In this document: positions 1 to 9,400 of the stretch, piece by piece | Numbering within the stretch: the first letter of the stretch is position 1 | How the letters are laid out: each line of letters opens with the position of its first letter | Assembly (NCBI GenBank): GCA_964610885.1 | Contig: CAZSWR010000002.1 | Span: 23,811-87,810 of the forward strand | Source of the DNA: an uncultured Hyphomicrobiales bacterium | GTDB taxonomy: Bacteria; Bacteroidota; Ignavibacteria; Kapaibacteriales; UBA2268 | DNA: 64,000 nucleotides | Direction of reading: 5' to 3' | Notes under the pieces: generated by a model | What the model saw: the letters and a program-made list of their open reading frames with translations, nothing else | The model's database searches: none | What the model was told of the DNA's origin: nothing | Translations under genes and position numbers: made by a program

Positions 1-2
1 GA

Positions 3-1100
3 ATTGACGCAGTGAAAGCACAAAAACTATCGAGCGTTTCGCTGCCTCAACCAGAGATTAAATATGATAGACAATGGATTCCAACGGGGTCGTCTGGCTC
101 GGCCGAAACTTCGTTCGGAATCTCGCAAAGCTTTGATTTCCCCACAGTATATTTCAAAAAAGCTGAGAAATTCGATTTAATGGTTGAAACTGAAAAACAA
201 AAATCAACTAACCTTATTGTCGATATTGTTAGGCAAATCAAATGTGCTTATTTTAAAGTGGTTAGAAACATAGGAAAACTTAAACTCGCCGAGGACAATT
301 CAAAATTGGCCGACGAATTCCTTGATAAATCCAAATTCAGATACGACGTCGGCGAGGGTACTCATTTGGAATACATGACGGCCAAAGTCCAATCGGCAGA
401 ATCTGCAAATACAAAAGATATTGTCCGGAACGATCTTCAAAACTCGTATTCTGAACTGATTTATTTGCTCGGATTCGGGAATTCAAATGAAACGCCCAAA
501 TATACAATCACCGATTCACTATCTATCGATAAGATTTCTAATAGAATTGCACTTAGCCCCGACACAGCGATTTCATCTCCGGCTATTGAAATTGCTCGTT
601 CTGAAGTCAGAGTCGCCCAAAAGGAAATGGAACTTGCAGAAGCATCTTATTGGCCCGGGCTAAATATTTCTTATGCGTTTCAAAATAGGGACGACAAGAA
701 TTTCTCAGGTTTTGGAATCGGAATATCTGTGCCGCTCTGGTTTATGTTTGAGCAAAAGGGGAAAACGAACGAAGCAACTGCAAAAGCCATTGCAGCCGAA
801 TACGAATTGAATCAGATGAGGAATTCCATTTCCACAGGATTTGCTGTTGCATTCGGAGAATACGAAAAGAGTTACAAACAGGTACTACTGTACAAAAATG
901 ATATTGTCCCGCAAGCTGAAGAAGTATTTCGCACCGCTTCCGCCGGATACGATGCCGGAGAAAATACATATTTGGAATACATCCAAGCCAAGCAACTGCT
1001 GACAGCTTCGCGGAATAATTTCATTGATGCAGTATATAACTGCTACCTTTCAATATTCATGCTCGAATCGATCAGCGGACAGAACCTGCTGATGAAATAG
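3..1100 (+). CDS. TolC/CzcC-family outer-membrane efflux protein (5' end outside window)
   Basis: The frame of ORF 12..1100 stays open back to base 3. The sequence is outer-membrane-efflux-protein-like (YLEYIQAKQLLTASRNNFIDAVYNCY). It sits directly upstream of the RND adaptor and pump genes. Confidence 0.8.
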   Translation: MDAVKAQKLSSVSLPQPEIKYDRQWIPTGSSGSAETSFGISQSFDFPTVYFKKAEKFDLMVETEKQKSTNLIVDIVRQIKCAYFKVVRNIGKLKLAEDNSKLADEFLDKSKFRYDVGEGTHLEYMTAKVQSAESANTKDIVRNDLQNSYSELIYLLGFGNSNETPKYTITDSLSIDKISNRIALSPDTAISSPAIEIARSEVRVAQKEMELAEASYWPGLNISYAFQNRDDKNFSGFGIGISVPLWFMFEQKGKTNEATAKAIAAEYELNQMRNSISTGFAVAFGEYEKSYKQVLLYKNDIVPQAEEVFRTASAGYDAGENTYLEYIQAKQLLTASRNNFIDAVYNCYLSIFMLESISGQNLLMK

Positions 1101-1166
1101 CTTAGTAATGTGATTCTACTGTTTAATCGTTCAATTGATTTATTAATAATTCGGAAAAATATCATT

Positions 1167-2336
1167 ATGAAATATGTAGTTTTATCTTTGGTTCTGGTAC
1201 TATCGATTTTATTCGTTTCCTGTGGTGAAAATGAAAAGCCTAAAGAGGCCGAACCTGAAAAAAAGGAAGAAGGATCGAAAGAAATAAAGCTGTCTCCCGA
1301 GTCGCTGGAATTGATCAAAATTGAAACTGAAATAGCCGAAGAGAAGCCTCTTACGGGCTACATTGTTTTGCCGGCGGCGATTGTTCCCGACCAGAGCAAA
1401 GAGGCGCGCGTGGGTTCGTTAGTTCAGGGAAGAGTCAAAAAAGTTTTCGTTAACGTTGGCGATCGAGTATCGGCAGGCCAAGTCTTGATGACAATTGAAG
1501 GAACGGAAATCGGTTCAATTAAGGCTTCGTTTATGAAGGCCAAAGCTGTCCTTGACTTTGCAAAATCTGCTCTCGAAAGGCAAAAGAAATTGTATAGCGA
1601 AAAAATTGGCGCTCAGAAATCTCTTCTCGAAACCCAAGCCGAATACGACAAAGCATTGGCCGAATTTCGCGCCGAAGACAAGAGAATTCACTCTATCGGG
1701 CTGACCGACGAAGACGTATTGAATTCAAAAAGCAATGACGACCACACTGCCGGAGTTCTGCCAGTCAGAGCGCCATTGGGAGGAATAATCGCCGAAAGGA
1801 ACGTCATAGTTGGCCAATATATCGACGCATCCACCAATGCCTTTTTAATTCAAAACAACGATATTGTCTGGATCGATGGCCAAGTCTTCGAGAAAGACCT
1901 TGCCAAATTTGATCATAAGACAGAAGCCGTATTTTCATCTTCGGTTTATCCCAAAGAACAGTTTGCCGGCAAAGTCATTTTTATTGGTCAAACGGTTGAC
2001 GAAAAAACCAGAACTCTGCCTGTCCGAGCCGAATTCAAGAATCCGGGATTCAGATTGAAACCCGGCATGTTTGGCGAATTGCGTGTGCCTTATGGCGAAA
2101 ACGTCCTGGCCTTTACTCTTCCGACGGAAGCTGTCGAAACCGACGGCGAGATTTCGTACGTTTTCGTAAGAACTGCGGACACCATATTCGAACAAAGAGT
2201 CGTCGTTCCGGGCAGATCCGTTGGCAATCGTATTGAAATAAAAGAAGGATTGAAAGCAGGCGATTGCATTGTTACGCAAGGCGTGTTTTACATCAAAAGC
2301 GAAATGAAAAAAGGCGATTTGGAAGGAGACGACTAA
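1167..2336 (+). CDS. Efflux RND periplasmic adaptor subunit (CzcB/HlyD family), lipoprotein
   Basis: ATG at 1167 gives the lipoprotein signal MKYVVLSLVLVLSILFVSCG. A coiled-coil hairpin segment is present (LERQKKLYSEKIGAQKSLLETQAEYDKALAEF). The stop overlaps the pump start (TAATG at 2334-2338). Confidence 0.85.
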   Translation: MKYVVLSLVLVLSILFVSCGENEKPKEAEPEKKEEGSKEIKLSPESLELIKIETEIAEEKPLTGYIVLPAAIVPDQSKEARVGSLVQGRVKKVFVNVGDRVSAGQVLMTIEGTEIGSIKASFMKAKAVLDFAKSALERQKKLYSEKIGAQKSLLETQAEYDKALAEFRAEDKRIHSIGLTDEDVLNSKSNDDHTAGVLPVRAPLGGIIAERNVIVGQYIDASTNAFLIQNNDIVWIDGQVFEKDLAKFDHKTEAVFSSSVYPKEQFAGKVIFIGQTVDEKTRTLPVRAEFKNPGFRLKPGMFGELRVPYGENVLAFTLPTEAVETDGEISYVFVRTADTIFEQRVVVPGRSVGNRIEIKEGLKAGDCIVTQGVFYIKSEMKKGDLEGDD

Positions 2337-5300
2337 TGTTAGAGAAACTTATTTCGATGACTTTGTCGCGAAGAGGCATGATAATTTTCGTATCCTTGCT
2401 TATCGTTGCCTTCGGCGTTTATTCGGCAATGAACATCAACATTGATGCTTTCCCGGACGTAACAAACAACCAGGTCGAAATCGTTAGCCGTGCCGGAGGA
2501 CTCTCTGCAGTGGAAATCGAACGTAACGTTACGTATCCGATCGAGACTGCAATGAAAGGGTTGCCCGGAATTGTGCAGATGCGATCTGTTACGAAATTCG
2601 GTTTGTCGATCGTTACAATCGTTTTCAAAGAGAATGTAGATATTTATTTTGCCCGCCAACTCGTTTTCGAGAGATTGGACGAAGCCAAAGACAATCTTCC
2701 CAAAGGCGTTGAGGTCGAGATGGGGCCTATGGCCACAGTTATGGGCGAGATTTATCAGTACAATCTCGAAGGCACAATGCCCAAGGATTCAGCCGAAAAG
2801 GTTGCATATCTGACCAATCTTCGAACAATCCAGGAATGGATTATTACCCCTCAGCTGAAAAACGTACCGGGAGTGAATGAAATCAACTCATACGGCGGTT
2901 ATTTCAAACAATACCAAGTGGTTATCAGCCCCGAAAAGCTATTAAAATACAATGTAACGGTCAACGATATTTTTGAAGCACTCGAAAACAACAACCAAAA
3001 CGCCGGCGGAAATATTATCGAAAACGGATCGGATCAATATATTGTCAGGGGCGTTGGCCTTATAAAAGATACTATTGATATTTCGAATATCGTCCTGAAG
3101 GAAACCGGTGGCGTCCCCACTTTTATCGGCGATGTGGCTCAAGTTAGGATTGGCGAGGCAGTACGAATGGGAGCCGCTCTGAAAAATGGCGAAGAAACAG
3201 TTGGCGGCATTGTAATGATGTTGCGCGGCGAAAACAGCCGCAACGTTGTGCAGAGCGTCAAAGAGAATGTCAAGGAAATAAACAACAACAATATCCTGCC
3301 ACCGGGAATCAAAATTGTCCCGTATTACGACCGTACAGATATTGTTGACGATAGTGTCTATACAATTGTCCGGGCGCTACTCGAAGGTTCGGTGTTGGTA
3401 TTGGTAATCACTTTCATCCTTCTGAGGAGTTTTCGTGGATCGGCAGTTATTTTGATCGCGTTGCCGGTTTCACTTTTGCTGACGTTTATTATGATGAAAC
3501 TAACCGGAATCGGGGCTAATCTAATGTCGATCGGAGGTCTGGTCATTTCGACCGGCATGAAGTTCGATGCGTCGATTATCCAAGTGGAAAACGTGCAGCG
3601 ATTGCTCAACGATCATCCGGGAAAAACCGGACGATTCAAAACGGTTCTTAAAGCCATCATGGATGTTCGGAAGCCGAGTATCTATGGCGAAGTCATTATT
3701 GCAATTACTTTTATTCCAATTTTAGCCCTCGAAGGCACCGAAGGTAAGATGTTCGCTCCGCTTGCGATAACGGTTATTCTTGCAATTGCGGCTTCGCTGC
3801 TAATGTCGATATTCGTCATACCTCAATTGTGCGGTACTTTTCTAAAGCCCCAACAGGAAAAAGAAAGTCCCGTGATGCGATTCTTTTCGAAGCAATATTT
3901 GCCGTTATTAAAATTTGCGATCAAAAAGAAGTATCTTTTGTTGTCGATAGCCGGAATTGCTCTGGTAGGATCGCTTTTCCTGTTTGGCAAGCTCGGTACG
4001 GAATTCATTCCGATTATGGACGAGGGCGCTTTCGATATGGATATTTCGCTTTTGCCGGGAGTTTCGCTTGCAAAAGCTGTGGATATTAACAAAATGGCTG
4101 CCGACAAATTGAAAAACTTCAACGAGCTTGATGTGGCTGTTTGCCGAATCGGACAAACAGGAGTCGCTCTCGACACTCGCGGAGCCGATAAAACCGGTTA
4201 CGTCGGCGTGCTAAGGCCGAAGAACGAATGGAAGAGAGACATTTCGCGCGAAGAGCTGACTCAGGAGATGAGAGACTCGCTGAACCAAATTCCGGGCATA
4301 GCCTTCGGATTCAGTCAGCCTATTCAGTGCCGGATTGACGAAATCGTGGCCGGAACGCGAGCGCAATTAATCCTTAAACTTTTTGGCGACGACATAGAAA
4401 TTCTGAAGAAAAAATCTGAGGAAATAGCGAAAGTCCTTTCGGGAATAAAAGGCGCCACGGATTTAGTAACAGAAAAAATAACTGGTCAGCCATATTTAAC
4501 CATCACTATCGACAGGAAAAAAATATCGCGATACGGTTTGAATGTAGCGGATATCCAAAAAGTGATTGAAATGGCAATCGCCGGTAAGTCAGCTTCAAGC
4601 CTTTATGAAGGGAATAAAAGGTTCGATATCACTGTCCGTTTGCCCGAAGAAAAAAGGAATTCAGTTGATGCAATCAAGGATATCTTTGTCCCGTCAAAAT
4701 CAGGTGCAAACGTGCCGTTGGCACAACTTGCCGATATAAAAATGACAGAAGGCCCGGTTCAAATTAGCAGGCAAGATGGCGTTAGGCGCGTCGGAATCGA
4801 GATGAATATTTCGGGCAGAGATATGGGTGGCTTTGTTGCCGAAGCCAAACAGAAAATCGCCTCGAAAGTTAATTTGCCATCCGGTTATTATTTAACTTGG
4901 GGCGGCCAATTTGAAAATCAGCAAAGAGCCATGACGAAATTAATGATAATCGTACCAGTTGCAATTGGTTTGATTTTACTTTTGCTGTTTGTTACTTTCA
5001 AATCGATACGTTTGTCATTTCTTGTCATTCTGAATCTTCCATTCGCCTTGATAGGCGGTGTGCTGGCATTGTGGATTTCGGGACTGTATTTATCGGTTCC
5101 TGCATCTGTAGGATTCATTGTTTTGCTCGGAGTTGCTGTGCTGAATGGAGTCGTATTGGTTACTCACATATCTCATCTGCGCGATGAAGGTATGGATAAG
5201 GACTCGGCAATTATGCAAGGGAGCATCGACAGGCTGCGTCCGGTATTGATGACGGCTTTTATTACAATTTTTAGTTTGATTCCATCGTTGATAGCTACAG

Positions 5301-5437
5301 GGACCGGATCCGAAGTTCAGAAACCTTTGGCAACGGTTGTAGTGGGCGGACTAATTTCATCAACAATACTGACACTTCTCATTATTCCGGCTGTTTATGG
5401 TTGGTTCGAGAAGAGAAAAGAAGAAGCCGAAATGTAA
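2336..5437 (+). CDS. czcA: CzcA/CusA-family heavy-metal efflux RND pump
   Basis: 1033-aa polytopic RND protein. The N-terminus MLEKLISMTLSRRGMIIF...DAFPDVTNNQVEI is typical of HME-RND pumps. The track start at 2264 overlaps the adaptor gene and was not used. Confidence 0.9.
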   Translation: MLEKLISMTLSRRGMIIFVSLLIVAFGVYSAMNINIDAFPDVTNNQVEIVSRAGGLSAVEIERNVTYPIETAMKGLPGIVQMRSVTKFGLSIVTIVFKENVDIYFARQLVFERLDEAKDNLPKGVEVEMGPMATVMGEIYQYNLEGTMPKDSAEKVAYLTNLRTIQEWIITPQLKNVPGVNEINSYGGYFKQYQVVISPEKLLKYNVTVNDIFEALENNNQNAGGNIIENGSDQYIVRGVGLIKDTIDISNIVLKETGGVPTFIGDVAQVRIGEAVRMGAALKNGEETVGGIVMMLRGENSRNVVQSVKENVKEINNNNILPPGIKIVPYYDRTDIVDDSVYTIVRALLEGSVLVLVITFILLRSFRGSAVILIALPVSLLLTFIMMKLTGIGANLMSIGGLVISTGMKFDASIIQVENVQRLLNDHPGKTGRFKTVLKAIMDVRKPSIYGEVIIAITFIPILALEGTEGKMFAPLAITVILAIAASLLMSIFVIPQLCGTFLKPQQEKESPVMRFFSKQYLPLLKFAIKKKYLLLSIAGIALVGSLFLFGKLGTEFIPIMDEGAFDMDISLLPGVSLAKAVDINKMAADKLKNFNELDVAVCRIGQTGVALDTRGADKTGYVGVLRPKNEWKRDISREELTQEMRDSLNQIPGIAFGFSQPIQCRIDEIVAGTRAQLILKLFGDDIEILKKKSEEIAKVLSGIKGATDLVTEKITGQPYLTITIDRKKISRYGLNVADIQKVIEMAIAGKSASSLYEGNKRFDITVRLPEEKRNSVDAIKDIFVPSKSGANVPLAQLADIKMTEGPVQISRQDGVRRVGIEMNISGRDMGGFVAEAKQKIASKVNLPSGYYLTWGGQFENQQRAMTKLMIIVPVAIGLILLLLFVTFKSIRLSFLVILNLPFALIGGVLALWISGLYLSVPASVGFIVLLGVAVLNGVVLVTHISHLRDEGMDKDSAIMQGSIDRLRPVLMTAFITIFSLIPSLIATGTGSEVQKPLATVVVGGLISSTILTLLIIPAVYGWFEKRKEEAEM

Positions 5438-5445
5438 TATCATCA

Positions 5446-5477
5446 CTCCTGTTTGTCCGTTTGCGGACAAGCAGGAG
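5446..5477 (+). other. Strong intercistronic hairpin (14-bp stem, TTTG loop) between czcA and the P-II gene
   Basis: CTCCTGTTTGTCCG-TTTG-CGGACAAGCAGGAG has 13 Watson-Crick pairs plus one G.U. It starts 9 nt after the czcA stop and ends 25 nt before the ATG at 5502. No U-tract follows. Confidence 0.6.
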
Positions 5478-5501
5478 TGCTATCAAACGAAAGGTAATTA
5501 T

Positions 5502-5843
5502 ATGAAAGAGATAAAGGCGATCATCCGGCCGTTTAAATTATCGGAAGTTATTGATGAACTATCCGAAATTGAAGGCCTTCCGGGAGTTACAGTCTCCGAA
5601 ATCAAAAGCTTCGGAAAATCAAAAACATCAAATGCTAAAGACAAAGTCACATGCGAAGAAGTAGAGCTTATTCCAAGAATTAAACTCGAAGTAGTAGTTT
5701 TGGATTCTATGGTTGAAAGAGTAGTTGAAGCTATTCAGAAAATTGCACATACTGGAAACACCGGAGACGGCAAGATATTCATTACCGATGTCGAAGAAAC
5801 CATAAAGATCCAAACAAATGAAAGGGGCATTTCTGCAATTTAG
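5502..5843 (+). CDS. P-II (GlnB-like) family protein encoded at the end of the czc operon
   Basis: 113 aa. MKEIKAIIRPFKLSEVIDEL...GDGKIFITDVEETIKIQTNERG matches the P-II fold pattern. The T-loop region (SFGKSKTSNAKDKV) lacks the GlnB Tyr51 context. Confidence 0.75.
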   Translation: MKEIKAIIRPFKLSEVIDELSEIEGLPGVTVSEIKSFGKSKTSNAKDKVTCEEVELIPRIKLEVVVLDSMVERVVEAIQKIAHTGNTGDGKIFITDVEETIKIQTNERGISAI

Positions 5844-6004
5844 AAGTGTGTTGAATAAGTAACGCTGTGGCAACCCGTGGGGCAACCCCTGTGTTCTCGA
5901 GTACATTCCTATATCCAATAATATCAGTGTATTACGCGACTGTTTTCTTCGGCCCCGTTTAAAATGGGGTTGGGGGATTTGTAAATATTTCAATGAGATA
6001 CAGT

Positions 6005-6021
6005 AATCCATTCAATGGATT
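6005..6021. promoter_or_regulatory. 17-bp perfect palindrome AATCCATT-C-AATGGATT (possible operator)
   Basis: Read directly from the sequence, in the 600-bp intergenic region upstream of the vWA-WD40 gene. Confidence 0.25.
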
Positions 6022-6103
6022 TTAAACCCATTATTGCCAATCTTTACTTTTTCTGGCAAGCTCTTAACAGCCTGTTGGAGCATGTAATACATTGAAACAA
6101 AAT

Positions 6104-6129
6104 GAGATTCCCGCCTGGCGGGAATGACA
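6104..6129. repeat. REP-like hairpin, GAGATTCCCGC-N-GCGGGAATGACA family (copy 1)
   Basis: 8-bp perfect stem ATTCCCGC/GCGGGAAT with a CTG loop. A related copy lies in inverted orientation at 54674-54700. Confidence 0.6.
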
Positions 6130-6168
6130 ATTTCAACTTGCAAATGTATGATATAATATTATACGCTT

Positions 6169-6324
6169 TTCTTGCTTGTACCTTTCTCCTTGCAACTTGA
6201 TACTCTCTTTCATACCAATCAGAATAATCAAATGAATCAGAGTTCAGACCAATATTCTTGCTTGTACCTTTCTCCTTGCAACTTGTTACTCTTCCTTCAC
6301 TTGTACCTTTCTCCTTGCAACTTG
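6169..6324 (+). repeat. Three direct copies of a 25-31-bp repeat (core CTTGTACCTTTCTCCTTGCAACTTG)
   Basis: Copies at 6169-6199 and 6255-6285 are 31 bp and identical. The third copy at 6300-6324 is the 25-bp core, also identical. The last copy ends 132 bp before the ATG at 6456. Confidence 0.9.
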
Positions 6325-6455
6325 CTGCTTTATACTTGCCATATTAGAAATCACAGCCCACAGAAAAAAACAATCACAACTCAATTTAAGTTATAATAAT
6401 TCAAAATATTTCAATAAATTTGCCTTAGCATAAAGGGGAATTTTTTGGATTGGTT

Positions 6456-9400
6456 ATGAAATTCTTTAATTACTTGATAAAACTCGCATTTTTGATGATT
6501 GTCCATTCGCTTTGCTTGGCGCAATCTTCTCTACACGTGCTCGAAAGCGACATTTCGGGCTATCCGTTCATACGCCTGAAGTATTTTGCGTACAGTACGA
6601 AAGGCGTTATGATGCAAGGCCTCGCGGCGCAGGACTTTCGCGCTTTCGACAACTTGGCGGAGGCAAACATAATCGAAACCGATTGCCCCGCGCAATCGCC
6701 CCAGTCGGAGCTTTCGCTCACGATCTGCATCGATTTGTCCGTTGCCGATGATACAATTTTCGGCGATAGGCTCGCGAAAGCGAAGTTGCTGGCCGCGAAA
6801 ATCGTCGGCGCAATGGATTCTATCACCACTACCTGTGCGTTGACCGATTTCGGTGCCATAAGCCGAATGGAAACAGATTTCACTCGGCAAAAGCAAGTAC
6901 TTCTCGCAAGGATTGCTTCGATTGGCTCAACCCGCGCTGCGCGATACGAGAACGGTTTCCTGTTTCCGCTTTCCGGCGCAATCGACGTTTGTGCCCGTGG
7001 CGGCGCGAACAAGACTATTGTGTTGATTACCGATGGTCGCAAGGGCTGCCAGGCCCAAGAAATCATCAATGCGGCCAAGGAATCGGGCATTAAAGTATTT
7101 GCGCTCTCTCTATCGGATGCGATTTCAACTGATTTGATTCGTATTTGCTCCGAGACCGGTGGCCGCCATTTCTCCGGCCTTTCCGATACGGTCCTGTACA
7201 ATGGATATGCAAGCATGGTGCTGTCGTTGATGTTCAATTACCAACCTTGCGAGATGACGCTGAAGGCCCAACCGAGCTGCGACGACGACCACCAGGTCCG
7301 CATCAGCCTGCCGCTGTATTCCGTTTGGGATTCGTTTTCGTATGCGCTCCCGCAGCAGACAAAGCCCAAGGTGGAAACCGATCCGAAATATATCGGCTTC
7401 AGCGCAGTCGTGCCTTATACTCAAGCAACGAAGAAAATTACAATTATTCCAAGAAACTCGAATCTAAACATTACCAAGTTCACTTTCAAAGATTCGCGAT
7501 TCTCCGTTGTCAGCGGCGACGTGCCGCCCGGCGGGAGTATTTCGCTAATGAAAGACGAACCATACAGCATCACTGTGCAGTTCGCGCCAACGGATTCATC
7601 GATTGTCTATACGCCTCTTGTGATCGAATCCGAGGCCTGTTCGGGCAACATTGTATATATCACGGGTGGGTATCCGAACACTTCGCCGAAGGTAAAAACT
7701 CTGCACATGACTTCCCCGACGCTTCGCCAGCCGCTCATAGTGGGCGATACGGCTCGCGTCAGTTGGGAGGGGCTGCTTCCTGCGGACGTCATTCAGTTGG
7801 AGTACAGGTATTCGCCATCGATGAAGTGGGACACGTTGGTAACAGATATTACCGGTTTGGACTACTCATGGCCTGTGCCCGACCACCTGACGGACAGCGC
7901 AGAAATTCGAGCCATCCAGCTGTGGCCGAACAATATCGGAGAAACTAAGAATTTCATACACAAGAATGGTGTCCGTTCGGCCTTTTTCAATCCGATCGAC
8001 GGCACGACCTGCATTATTGCCTGCATGGACAGCATTGCCCGACTTTTCAATTCCAATACTGGCAAACTGATTTTCGATTTGAAAGGCCACACCAGCGGAA
8101 TCATTTGGGCGGAAATCGACAACGCGCAAAAGTATATCTTTACTGCCTCGGAGGATAGCACAATCAGGCTGTGGAATTACTCAGACGGAAGTTTGGTCAA
8201 AGTGATCTCTGCCGATGACGATATTACGAATGCAGCCTTCAGCGCCGATGGCAAATTCGTCGCAGTTGCGTGCAAACACATCGGAATCAAGCTCTTTTCC
8301 GTAGCAGACGTCCAGCCGCCGATTGTCAAGGCCTGCGACCAAGGATTCATTTGGTTCGTTCGCTTCTCGAGCGATGGAAAGTACATGCTAACCTCTGGCG
8401 CGGGTTCGATCAAGTGTTGGGACTATCCGGCGCTGACGTTGCACTCGACATTCCAATGCCCAACAAATTTCGAAACAGTCATTTGCATTGGCATCAGCTC
8501 GGACAACTCAGTTATTGGCGGTGGGACATGGGCCGGAAACGGCTACGTCTGGGATTTCAATTCCGGGACTATCAAATACACAATCAACCATATCTCTGAT
8601 GTGGCGAAAACAGTGAATTCGATGTCGTTCCACAAAACTGCAACAGACCTTACGATACGGAAGCAAAAAATCCCACCACAGACCACACTGCTGATCTCGT
8701 CTGGCGGTAACGATGCGAAAATCTGGTATGCCTCGGACGGCACTCTGATCGCACCGCTCGAAGAGCACACAAACACGGTGAATACTGCATTCTTCAATTT
8801 CGACGGTAGCCGAGTGCTGACGGCGAGTAACGATTCTATTGCAAAGATTTGGAATCTGGACAAACGCGGTCTGCAAACCGACACTTGCGGCATGTTTCGC
8901 ATCGTAAAGCCACTCTTGGCCGCCAAGGATATTGATTTCGGAACTGCCCAGGCCGGCGGCGTGCGAGATACCACCGTGAACATATTTATCGACAATCAAA
9001 GCGATTTTGCATACGATATATCTTCAATTACGATCTCCGGCAAAGATGCTTCACTTTTTTCAATAGTCGAAAACGGGGAGCCGTTCGAGCTGGATTCGCT
9101 CGGGAACCACGCCGTGAGGCTACGGTATGCCCCGACAGCATCGGGCGTACATTCGGCAGACCTTACGATTTCCTATCCATTGGCAACGAAAACCGTTAAA
9201 TTGAACGGTGTTGCAATCGAAAACGGACTCGCGGGCGGCAATGCTGTTATTGATTTCGGCGATGTGGCCATTGGCGATTTTCGCGATACGACTGTGTCAG
9301 TGCTGCTTCGGAACCAAACGCAAAGTAGCATTTCAATTGATTCAATTACTTCGGGCGAACCCGACCACGGGCATTTCCGAATAATTGAAGCTCCCTGGCC

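Noticed and set aside
6169-6324. Possible mini-CRISPR array
   Set aside because: There are only three repeats, with unequal spacers (55 and 14 bp), no palindromic repeat structure typical of CRISPR, and no cas genes in the window.
6172-6396. 74-aa ORF with the repeated LYLSPCNLLL peptide
   Set aside because: It is the translation of the three 25-bp DNA repeats. The repeat is better explained at the DNA level.
6560-7948. ORFs at 6560-7237 (minus) and 7145-7948 (plus) overlapping the vWA-WD40 gene
   Set aside because: They are frame artefacts within a long, continuous 1258-codon ORF that has a signal peptide and a T9SS CTD.
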